Below are positions 1 to 5,854 of a stretch of 10,192 nt of DNA, piece after piece. The position numbers and the translations under genes were made by a program. How positions within the stretch are numbered: the stretch's first letter is position 1; each line of letters starts with the position of its first letter. The stretch is taken from UHGV virus genome UHGV-0119409, one strand, 5' to 3'. This stretch comes from a virus. A model generated the notes under the pieces. That model saw nothing but the letters and a program-made list of their open reading frames with translations, did no database searches and was not told the DNA's origin.

Positions 1-50
1 GTTCCATTGCCGGAATTGCACGTTCTGCCGCCTCACGCAGTGCCTGATAG

Positions 51-368
51 TCAATCTCGCTCACTGGCTGCCTCCTTTGCTGGGCTTTCTAACTTCTGAG
101 TGGTTGTATCAAACTCAAACAACTTAACCACGTCATCAAACAGGACATAATCGCCATCAGAATCTTCAGTCATGTCAGCGCCACAATCCTGACCGAACGA
201 GTCACAACCATCCATATCAAGCTCGTATCGCTTCAGGTTTGCGATATTTGATAAATTCAGCGCCAGTACAGCCAGGTCATAAACCTCGTCAGCGGTATAC
301 CCTGCACCATGTCCATACATTTCAATGCGGGATATGATTTCTTCTAACCGTTGTTTTGTGATTGTCAT
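51..368 (-). CDS. Hypothetical small acidic protein (105 aa)
   Basis: ORF in operon orientation. Its ATG (complement of 366-368) overlaps the upstream gene's TGA in an ATGA arrangement, suggesting translational coupling. Strongly acidic, Asp/Glu-rich C-terminal half. No family recognised. Confidence 0.5.
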   Translation of the reverse strand: MTITKQRLEEIISRIEMYGHGAGYTADEVYDLAVLALNLSNIANLKRYELDMDGCDSFGQDCGADMTEDSDGDYVLFDDVVKLFEFDTTTQKLESPAKEAASERD

Positions 369-928
369 TTTTGCTCACCACTCTGTTCTTCCAGAAAAAT
401 ACGCATAGCCTCAAGCATCTCTTCGGTGTCATACGGTGACAACTTGTCACGCAGGATGTGTTCAATGCTGTTAATGAACTTGCGGATTGCTTTGCGTTCA
501 ATTTCAGCCAGGAAAGCGTCGGTGGCTTGGGTGTCAACACGGATGCTGTCACGCAAGATGAAAAATGCATTGAGCATTCCAGTCTCTGGAACTTCATCCT
601 GATACTTCTCATACGCATCAAGAGCCTTCATCATCTCATGTCCGAATGGTTGAGGGTGCGCAGCCTTCAGCCTTGCATTCTCCGCCGCCAGCGCCGAAAA
701 CTTCTCGTGTGCCAACTTAACAGCCGCATCAGCCTGCTTAATTGACTCAATCGCTTTCTGCTGGTCTTCGGCCAGCGCATTAGCACGCACCAGTTGCACT
801 TCCAGTTGCGTTGCCAAATCGCTGATCAGCTTTGCCACACTGCGCATATCAACGGCACCACATTCTGCTTTCAGTTCCGAAGCCATCTCATGCCCTGCGG
901 CAACTAACCCTTTGATATTACTTTCCAT
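365..928 (-). CDS. Hypothetical protein, probable coiled-coil (187 aa)
   Basis: ATG at 928 preceded on the minus strand by GAGGG about 5 nt upstream. Ala/Leu/Glu/Lys-rich heptad-like stretch (e.g. ...KFSALAAENARLKAA...). No catalytic motif recognised. Confidence 0.55.
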   Translation of the reverse strand: MESNIKGLVAAGHEMASELKAECGAVDMRSVAKLISDLATQLEVQLVRANALAEDQQKAIESIKQADAAVKLAHEKFSALAAENARLKAAHPQPFGHEMMKALDAYEKYQDEVPETGMLNAFFILRDSIRVDTQATDAFLAEIERKAIRKFINSIEHILRDKLSPYDTEEMLEAMRIFLEEQSGEQK

Positions 929-989
929 CTTTACCCTCGCTTATCCACATAACTTATTGATTACATTGATAACTAAAAAGATCGTCGAT

Positions 990-1334
990 TCAGAACTCTT
1001 CGATGTTCCAGCCACCACCTGCTTTCTTTGGTTTAACCGTTACCCCGATGATTCGGAACGGATACTGATCTGCGGCGACTTTGGTTTTCACCCTGGCGTC
1101 GTCGGTCCAGAAACCTTTCACTTCGTGCAGTTCCATCTCTCCGGTGGCGAGCATCACAGCGAAATCTGGCGTATAGAACGTGTTGTCAGCTAACCGCAGC
1201 TTGATACCCTCGAATCGATACCAGGCGATTTCCCCTGCACGTTTACGCAGCTCAAGGTGCTGGCAATACGCAGATTCAGTTTTGTTCATCTGGCCTGTTT
1301 TGAGTCGACCAAGAGCCTGTATCTGTTTTCTCAT
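990..1334 (-). CDS. DUF1064-like phage protein, possible PD-(D/E)XK-type nuclease fold (114 aa)
   Basis: ATG at 1334 with GGAGG 7 nt upstream (inside operator palindrome 1338-1352). Motif pattern ...YTPDF...ELHEVKG... resembles the D...E.K signature of DUF1064 proteins typical of lambdoid nin-like regions; recalled from memory, not searched. Confidence 0.55.
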   Translation of the reverse strand: MRKQIQALGRLKTGQMNKTESAYCQHLELRKRAGEIAWYRFEGIKLRLADNTFYTPDFAVMLATGEMELHEVKGFWTDDARVKTKVAADQYPFRIIGVTVKPKKAGGGWNIEEF

Positions 1335-1337
1335 GAT

Positions 1338-1414
1338 TTACCTCCGAGGTAATTAAAAACCACATAAGACATGAAATCAATAGAGTTTATAATATTTTGT
1401 TACCTAACAGGTAA
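1338..1414 (-). promoter_or_regulatory. Operator-flanked sigma70-like promoter reading leftward into the DUF1064 gene
   Basis: Minus strand reads: palindrome TTACCTGTTAGGTAA (1400-1414), 19 bp, TTGATT (-35; 1375-1380), 17 bp, TTTAAT (-10; 1352-1357), palindrome TTACCTCGGAGGTAA (1338-1352), then ATG. Same architecture as the pL-like promoter at 4399-4475. Confidence 0.6.
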
Positions 1415-1451
1415 TTATCGAGGCGTAAAAAAATGCGCTATCGCGCTGGTA

Positions 1452-2228
1452 TTACTTGATAAATCCTGCCGCCTTTCCCCGCCTGTATTCCTCCATCAGC
1501 CACTGCGCCGGTGTTATTCCCCCAAGGGTGGCGGCGTTAGGCATGCACCCGAAACTTCGCCCTGGTGGATGGTAAACGTCTCTCCCTGTGTCCGGAGGTG
1601 TACTCATGGGCTCTGGCTTTGCCTGTATGCTGATCACCGGATCGGGTATCTGCTGTCCGGAAGCCACCTTTTTCGCCCAATCATCGAGCAGCCTGCGCGC
1701 GTGTTTCTCAACCTCACTCTCGCTAAGCTGGCGCTGATACATTGCACGACGGGTATCACATACGACCCAGTACATAACCGGATGCCGCCACGGGAATCTT
1801 TCGGGACCACCAGGATATAAACTTTTTTCCTTGCTGTACCGGTGAAACTCCGCCATCACATCGTCAATGGTGACGCCAAGAACCATCTTGCTGTCTTTGC
1901 ACCACTTGATGAATTGCCCTGGCGACGGCCAGAACGGAGATTCACTGGCGCGGGCGTGGCGCATACCAGCGTTAACCTGTTCCATTGTAGTGATCCCATT
2001 CTCCAGAAACGCAAGCATCCATTGCTTACGGAATTCATTAAGTTTGTTCTGCTCCCTTATGGTCGAAACGCTTGCAGGAAATGCAGCCTGTAACTGGACA
2101 AATAGTTCATTGAAAATTCTAGCAACCTGCTCCTTTTTGCCATTGCTGTCACGCCGCTCTTCATGCACAGCAACACCATGCTCACGTAAGCGATCGTACT
2201 CATTGAGAAGTTCTGGAGTTGATTTCAT
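1452..2228 (-). CDS. Replication protein P-like DnaB helicase loader (258 aa)
   Basis: Blocks ...AFPAS..., ...ENGITTMEQVNAGMR..., ...PSPGQF..., ...YPW... match what I recall of lambda P. ATG at 2228 with AAGGGG 6 nt upstream. Overlaps the end of the upstream O-like gene by 29 nt. Confidence 0.85.
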   Translation of the reverse strand: MKSTPELLNEYDRLREHGVAVHEERRDSNGKKEQVARIFNELFVQLQAAFPASVSTIREQNKLNEFRKQWMLAFLENGITTMEQVNAGMRHARASESPFWPSPGQFIKWCKDSKMVLGVTIDDVMAEFHRYSKEKSLYPGGPERFPWRHPVMYWVVCDTRRAMYQRQLSESEVEKHARRLLDDWAKKVASGQQIPDPVISIQAKPEPMSTPPDTGRDVYHPPGRSFGCMPNAATLGGITPAQWLMEEYRRGKAAGFIK

Positions 2229-3030
2229 CCCACACCCCTTCTATCCAGTCAGTGTTATTCCAGTCAAGCTCATCGCTTTTCCCGGCATTTTTTGATTTTC
2301 CCCTGATATGATTTACGTGCCTGGCGAATTTTTGTTCCCACTGAACCTGCGTGAACACTTTGCCCTCAGCCATCCAGTAATCCCGGAATGCAGCAAGTTC
2401 AGCAGGTGTAAATTCCGGTTCCGGCAGGGCCGTTCCCCACAGCGCAGCACGCCGCCGAAAATCTGGCGACGGTAGCCAGCCATCTGTCATCGGAAATTTC
2501 CCGATGGGTTCACTCAGGCCATCCAGAAATTCAGGTTCTGCCACCTGCAACGGCGTACTGTTCGCTTCACTGGTCGGAGCACCCTCGCGCACGTGCGCTA
2601 TGTGTGGGGTTTTATATATATCTTCCTCTTCCTCTTCCTCTGGTAACTCCTTTTGTAACGCTGTTGGCGTTACTTTTTGCGTTACTCGTTTTCGATGCTC
2701 TGCCACTCTTCTATTCGTAAGTGCACGTTTTTTCGATGATTCTCCATTATGTCGCTCAAAGTTTGGAAGAATTAGTTTGCCGTCATGATAAGCAAGCCAT
2801 CCGACGCTAATGAGGGCGTCAGCAAATCCTGTAATAAAAGCGAGTCTATCAAGCACTCCTTTTGTAACGCTGCCAGCGTTACCGTCTATTGTTTGCTGGT
2901 CAGCCCATGCCCATATACGAACCAGCTTTCCAAGAACAGCATCTGGATCAATACCCAGAATTTCTGCTATCTGAAAAATTTCAGGTTTATCAGGAGTGAT
3001 AACTTCAACCTTAATCCAGCTGCTTGCCAT
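2200..3030 (-). CDS. Replication initiator, O-like (276 aa from ATG at 3030; a GTG at 3048 is the alternative start)
   Basis: Sits directly upstream of and overlapping the P-like gene. ATG at 3030 has GAGGGG 6-7 nt upstream. The protein has an N-terminal domain, an acidic EEEEEED linker and a C-terminal domain, and the iteron-like DNA repeats sit in the linker-coding region as in lambda O. Confidence 0.65.
   Translation of the reverse strand: MASSWIKVEVITPDKPEIFQIAEILGIDPDAVLGKLVRIWAWADQQTIDGNAGSVTKGVLDRLAFITGFADALISVGWLAYHDGKLILPNFERHNGESSKKRALTNRRVAEHRKRVTQKVTPTALQKELPEEEEEEDIYKTPHIAHVREGAPTSEANSTPLQVAEPEFLDGLSEPIGKFPMTDGWLPSPDFRRRAALWGTALPEPEFTPAELAAFRDYWMAEGKVFTQVQWEQKFARHVNHIRGKSKNAGKSDELDWNNTDWIEGVWDEINSRTSQ
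2611..2685. other. Candidate origin of replication: AT-rich tract, (TCTTCC)3 and dyad half-sites at ~12-bp spacing
   Basis: ttatatata (2612-2620), then (tcttcc)x3 (2621-2638), then half-sites gtaacgc at 2655-2661 and gcgttac at 2667-2673 and 2679-2685 (12-bp spacing; partial gtaac at 2644). The 19-bp dyad gtaacgctgttggcgttac lies at 2655-2673. All inside the linker-coding part of the O-like gene. Confidence 0.5.
2857..2882. repeat. Second copy of the 17-bp repeat ctccttttgtaacgctg plus a 19-bp perfect dyad
   Basis: Exact 17-bp repeat of 2647-2663 followed by gtaacgctgccagcgttac (9-bp arms). It is read in a different codon phase from copy 1, so the conservation is at the DNA level. Confidence 0.5.
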
Positions 3031-3223
3031 AGGTTTCCCCTCTTGCACTCTTTAGTGCACAAGCAAATTCATTACGATGGCGGTTGGCGCTATTCATTGC
3101 ACATTCAACACATGTTCCGTTCAGAACATACCTTTCAGAGAGATGGCCGTGACGGCACCGCTTTCCTGTGAAATAGCGATTTAACCCGGCTTTTGCGGCC
3201 TCCATTCTGGTTACTATCTTCAA
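3011..3223 (-). CDS. Small Cys/His-containing protein, possible zinc-binding regulator (70 aa; TTG start at 3223 or ATG at 3205)
   Basis: ORF between the cro-like and O-like genes in operon orientation. Motif ...KRCRHGH...NGTCVEC... suggests a metal-binding knuckle. Start codon uncertain. Overlaps the O-like gene start by about 20 nt. Confidence 0.45.
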   Translation of the reverse strand: MKIVTRMEAAKAGLNRYFTGKRCRHGHLSERYVLNGTCVECAMNSANRHRNEFACALKSARGETYGKQLD

Positions 3224-3326
3224 TTTTTCCGCCCCTTTTTGTTATTGATATTGGCTATTTTGCACAATTGGAAAATTTGATCAACCAGATTTGGTTTTTT
3301 ATTACCTTTGAGGTACGAATAGATAT

Positions 3327-3350
3327 GAAAAGACCGCCGGGTGGCGGTCT
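3327..3350 (-). terminator. Intrinsic terminator downstream of the cro-like gene (tR1-like position)
   Basis: Minus strand reads AGACCGCC-ACCC-GGCGGTCT (8-bp GC-rich stem, 3331-3350) followed by TTTT (complement of 3327-3330). Confidence 0.5.
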
Positions 3351-3371
3351 ACAGAGGGTTGTAGCTGGATA

Positions 3372-3602
3372 TCATGAGTAGAAGAAGTATGCCAGTTCTG
3401 CTTTTGAGCGCAGCCATTGTCTTGTTTTACAGGCTTTAAAAAGCCCATTCATCAATACCTTACCTGGCATTTTGCGCTTGCCTGTTAAGTGAGTCTGGAT
3501 ATAGTGACTCGTCGTTCCGGCTTCCTGTGCGAAGGCTTCACGCTCATCCGGAGTAAGTGCAAGCCAGTGCTTTTTGAAATCGAAATGTCCGTTATCGCTC
3601 AT
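3372..3602 (-). CDS. Cro-like HTH DNA-binding regulator (76 aa)
   Basis: First gene of the leftward operon, divergent from the repressor. Segment ...FAQEAGTTSHYIQTHLTGKRK... has helix-turn-helix character resembling Cro/CII-type phage regulators. Weak SD. Confidence 0.55.
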   Translation of the reverse strand: MSDNGHFDFKKHWLALTPDEREAFAQEAGTTSHYIQTHLTGKRKMPGKVLMNGLFKACKTRQWLRSKAELAYFFYS

Positions 3603-3638
3603 AGCTATTGCCTGATATTTATTTCAGATAATAAATAT

Positions 3639-3701
3639 TCACCCATAAGGTAACAAAAATCAAGGATAGTTACCTATGAGGTGCATTTACCTGTTGGGTA
3701 A
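3639..3701. promoter_or_regulatory. Divergent immunity control region with a tripartite operator (OR-like)
   Basis: Perfect palindrome ttacctgttgggtaa (3687-3701), and degenerate copies ttacctatgaggtgc (3670-3684) and tcacccataaggtaa (3639-3653), between the divergent cro-like and repressor genes. Exact -35/-10 elements not resolved. Confidence 0.6.
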
Positions 3702-3756
3702 TATTGCTTTAAATTGAATCATCTACTGATTCATATATGAGGCGATTTTCCAGAAA

Positions 3757-4341
3757 ATGAAAAGTATCCAGGACGTCCGCAGGCAAAATCTCAACGACTT
3801 GATCGACCGTGAATTCAATGGTGTTCAGACGCGGATGGCAGAAAAACTTGGAACTCAGGCAAATCTGGTAAACCGCTGGGCTCTTGGCAAGAAGGTTATC
3901 GGCGACCAGGTTGCGCGAAAAATTGAAGCTGCCGCCAATAAACCACGTAACTGGCTTGATATCGATCGCTCGCTTTCTCAGGAAGGTTTTCAGCCTGTCG
4001 GCCCGAGCGATATAGGTCAGCTGGCGGCTCACAACCTGGAACGCTGGATGAGCGAAAGCCGCGACCTTTCAACACAGGGAAAACTTCACCGCGCATCCGG
4101 CGTCGCCCAGGTGACAATCAGCCGCCTGTTAAACAATGAGGTCAGCGTTTCCATTTCCACCCTGGAGAATGTTGCATCCGCATTCGGGCGTCACGGATAT
4201 GAACTACTGATTCACCCGCACGACCCTGCGACTATCAACTATGACCGCTCACGCTACGCATTGTTACCCGAAACCGAGAAAGCAAAGATCGAAAGTTACA
4301 TTGAATTTGTCATCAACCAGAACGAAAAAAGCAAACAATAA
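3757..4341 (+). CDS. Prophage repressor, CI-like by position, without a recognisable LexA/S24 autocleavage domain (194 aa)
   Basis: Divergent from the cro-like gene and followed by a terminator. Two HTH-like segments (...QTRMAEKLGTQANLVNRW... and ...ASGVAQVTISRLLNN...). No Ala-Gly cleavage site or Ser...Lys dyad pattern seen. Confidence 0.6.
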   Translation: MKSIQDVRRQNLNDLIDREFNGVQTRMAEKLGTQANLVNRWALGKKVIGDQVARKIEAAANKPRNWLDIDRSLSQEGFQPVGPSDIGQLAAHNLERWMSESRDLSTQGKLHRASGVAQVTISRLLNNEVSVSISTLENVASAFGRHGYELLIHPHDPATINYDRSRYALLPETEKAKIESYIEFVINQNEKSKQ

Positions 4342-4362
4342 AACTATATTTTTCAGTAAGTA

Positions 4363-4386
4363 AGCCGCCTCATGGCGGCTTTTTTA
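4363..4386 (+). terminator. Rho-independent terminator after the repressor gene
   Basis: agccgcc-tcat-ggcggct hairpin (4363-4380) followed by tttttt (4381-4386). Confidence 0.75.
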
Positions 4387-4398
4387 TTGCCAGATAGA

Positions 4399-4475
4399 TT
4401 ACCTTACGGGTAATTTTTTTAACTCATATCTATTGACACCAAACCAAATAAGCATAATTATTACCTCAACGGTAA
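4399..4475 (+). promoter_or_regulatory. pL-like early promoter flanked by two operator palindromes
   Basis: ttaccttacgggtaa (4399-4413), 19 bp, TTGACA (4433-4438), 16-17 bp, taatta (4455-4460), ttacctcaacggtaa (4461-4475), then GAGG and ATG at 4495. Confidence 0.7.
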
Positions 4476-4494
4476 CAGACCGAGGTAACAAGTT

Positions 4495-4647
4495 ATGCAG
4501 TGGAAAATCATCAACGGTTGGTACTGCGTTACTGCATGCGGATTCATGAGCTGGAAGTTCCGCACCTTACAGGAAGGCATTAAGTGGGCTTTCGTCAGCA
4601 AAGAAGCTCGCGATGTAGCCAACGATAACGAGATATGGGAGGGCTGA
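4495..4647 (+). CDS. Small Trp-rich protein (50 aa), first gene of the rightward early operon
   Basis: ATG at 4495 with GAGG 9 nt upstream. Translation MQWKIINGWYCVTACGFMSWKFRTLQEGIKWAFVSKEARDVANDNEIWEG. Stop TGA at 4645-4647 is 2 nt from the next start. Not in the supplied ORF track (below its length cutoff). Confidence 0.4.
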   Translation: MQWKIINGWYCVTACGFMSWKFRTLQEGIKWAFVSKEARDVANDNEIWEG

Positions 4648-4649
4648 TA

Positions 4650-4949
4650 ATGAACGTTAATCAGCAGAAAAATCTTCAAAAAATCATGCTGGCATTCGAC
4701 AAGGACTACCGCCTGTCAGAACAGCTATATGACCGACAAGTTGAACTGATTGAGAGCATCCGACTTCATCAACTGTCCTCAACTTTCGACGTTGTAACAG
4801 GCAAAGGCGTTCGTCAGGAAGTGCTGGAGGCTGCTAAAGACAGCCCTGAGTTCGAAGAACTGATAGATTCCTACCGGCGCGAGGCAATGGCAATTATCGC
4901 CCGCTGGGATCTGGCGGATCGGATTGATGGGCAGAGGGAAGCGGCATGA
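4650..4949 (+). CDS. Hypothetical protein (99 aa) immediately upstream of the exo/RecT pair
   Basis: ATG at 4650 with GGGAGGG 6 nt upstream (preferred over the in-frame ATG at 4635). Stop overlaps the next gene's start (ATGATG). Confidence 0.6.
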   Translation: MNVNQQKNLQKIMLAFDKDYRLSEQLYDRQVELIESIRLHQLSSTFDVVTGKGVRQEVLEAAKDSPEFEELIDSYRREAMAIIARWDLADRIDGQREAA

Positions 4950-5845
4950 TGCAGAACGCTGGAATCATGGATAGAACAAAATACATCGGAGGAAGCGATG
5001 TTGCAGGGATTCTTGGAATTAGCCCATGGCGCACCCCGCTTGAGGTTTATCTGGATAAGGTCCAGCCACGTGTCAAACCAGTAGACCCAAGCAAGCAGAA
5101 AGTTTTCACGCGTGGCCAGCGTATGGAGCCATACGTAATAGACCTGCTTTCTGAGGAAACAGGGATGGAAATCGTTCATCGCGGAAACCGCTATATCCAC
5201 CGTGATTACGATTTTATTGCAGCTGAGATCGATGCAGAAGCAGCGTCAGGCGAGAACATTGAGATCAAAACAGTTAGTCCGTTCAAAGCCAAAGAATGGG
5301 GAGAAATCCAGACAGATGCAATTCCTGTGCATTACACGGCCCAGGCCATGCACGGGTTGATGGTTACAAACAAACAGGTATGCGTTTTCGGTGTGCTTAT
5401 CGGTGGCGACGACTTCCGAATCTATCGGGTTGAGCGTGATGAAGAAACTATCCAGGCGATCTTAGAAAAAGAAATCGCTTTCTGGGACCGAGTGAAAAAT
5501 CTTAACCCGCCGGAAGCTACCAGCGTAAGCGATGTATCGCTGATGTTTGAGAAAGATGCCGGGACAAGTATCGAGGCTGACGGAAAGGCACTCGCACTAT
5601 TCAACGATCTACGAGACATGAAGTCACGCAGAAAATCACTGGAAGAAGAAATAGCTATATCAGAAGAGAAGCTGAAGATGTACATGCAAGAGCACTCAGT
5701 CCTGACCCTGGACGGAAAGCCGCTCTGCACATGGAAATCTCAGATCAGCAACAGATTCGACCAGAAGCTATTCCAGTCAGTACACCCTGAGTTATTCGAA
5801 AAATTCAAAACAACAACGACACAACGCGTCTTCAGAATGAAGTAA
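4946..5845 (+). CDS. YqaJ-like recombination exonuclease (PD-(D/E)XK) with a C-terminal extension of about 100 aa (299 aa)
   Basis: N-terminal ...IGGSDVAGILGISPWRTPLEVY..., then ...QRMEPYV..., ...DAEAASGENIEIKT..., ...YTAQAMHG... fit the YqaJ/lambda-Exo-type nuclease motif order. Immediately upstream of RecT. Confidence 0.75.
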   Translation: MMQNAGIMDRTKYIGGSDVAGILGISPWRTPLEVYLDKVQPRVKPVDPSKQKVFTRGQRMEPYVIDLLSEETGMEIVHRGNRYIHRDYDFIAAEIDAEAASGENIEIKTVSPFKAKEWGEIQTDAIPVHYTAQAMHGLMVTNKQVCVFGVLIGGDDFRIYRVERDEETIQAILEKEIAFWDRVKNLNPPEATSVSDVSLMFEKDAGTSIEADGKALALFNDLRDMKSRRKSLEEEIAISEEKLKMYMQEHSVLTLDGKPLCTWKSQISNRFDQKLFQSVHPELFEKFKTTTTQRVFRMK

Positions 5846-5854
5846 GGAGAAAAA

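Noticed and set aside
322-745. Track ORFs 322-621 (-), 351-602 (+), 458-745 (+)
   Set aside because: They overlap the better-supported gene 365-928 (-) in other frames, have no RBS, and have low-complexity or odd composition. Treated as shadow ORFs.
912-1193. ORF 912-1193 (+)
   Set aside because: Antisense overlap with the DUF1064-like gene (990-1334), against operon orientation. No RBS.
1371-2295. ORFs 1371-1820 (+), 1842-2093 (+), 1856-2038 (-), 1867-2295 (+)
   Set aside because: All lie within or antisense to the P-like gene, which has strong motif support. Likely frame shadows.
2621-2640. (TCTTCC)3 hexamer repeat as a microsatellite or slipped-strand phase-variation tract
   Set aside because: It is in-frame and encodes the poly-Glu linker of the O-like protein, and is only three units long. 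More likely linker coding and/or part of the ori than a contingency locus.
2504-3171. ORFs 2504-2788 (+) and 2785-3171 (+)
   Set aside because: Antisense to the O-like gene and the Cys/His ORF. The Ser-rich run in 2504-2788 is just the antisense reading of the (TCTTCC)n repeat.
3193-3381. ORF 3193-3381 (+)
   Set aside because: It spans the intergenic terminator and operator region, and is opposite to operon direction with no RBS.
3709-4117. ORFs 3709-4032 (-) and 3896-4117 (-)
   Set aside because: Antisense to the repressor gene, which is supported by HTH motifs, a downstream terminator and its divergent arrangement.
4461-4679. ORF 4461-4679 (-)
   Set aside because: Antisense across the pL-like promoter and the small ORF. 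It would run into the operator and terminator region.
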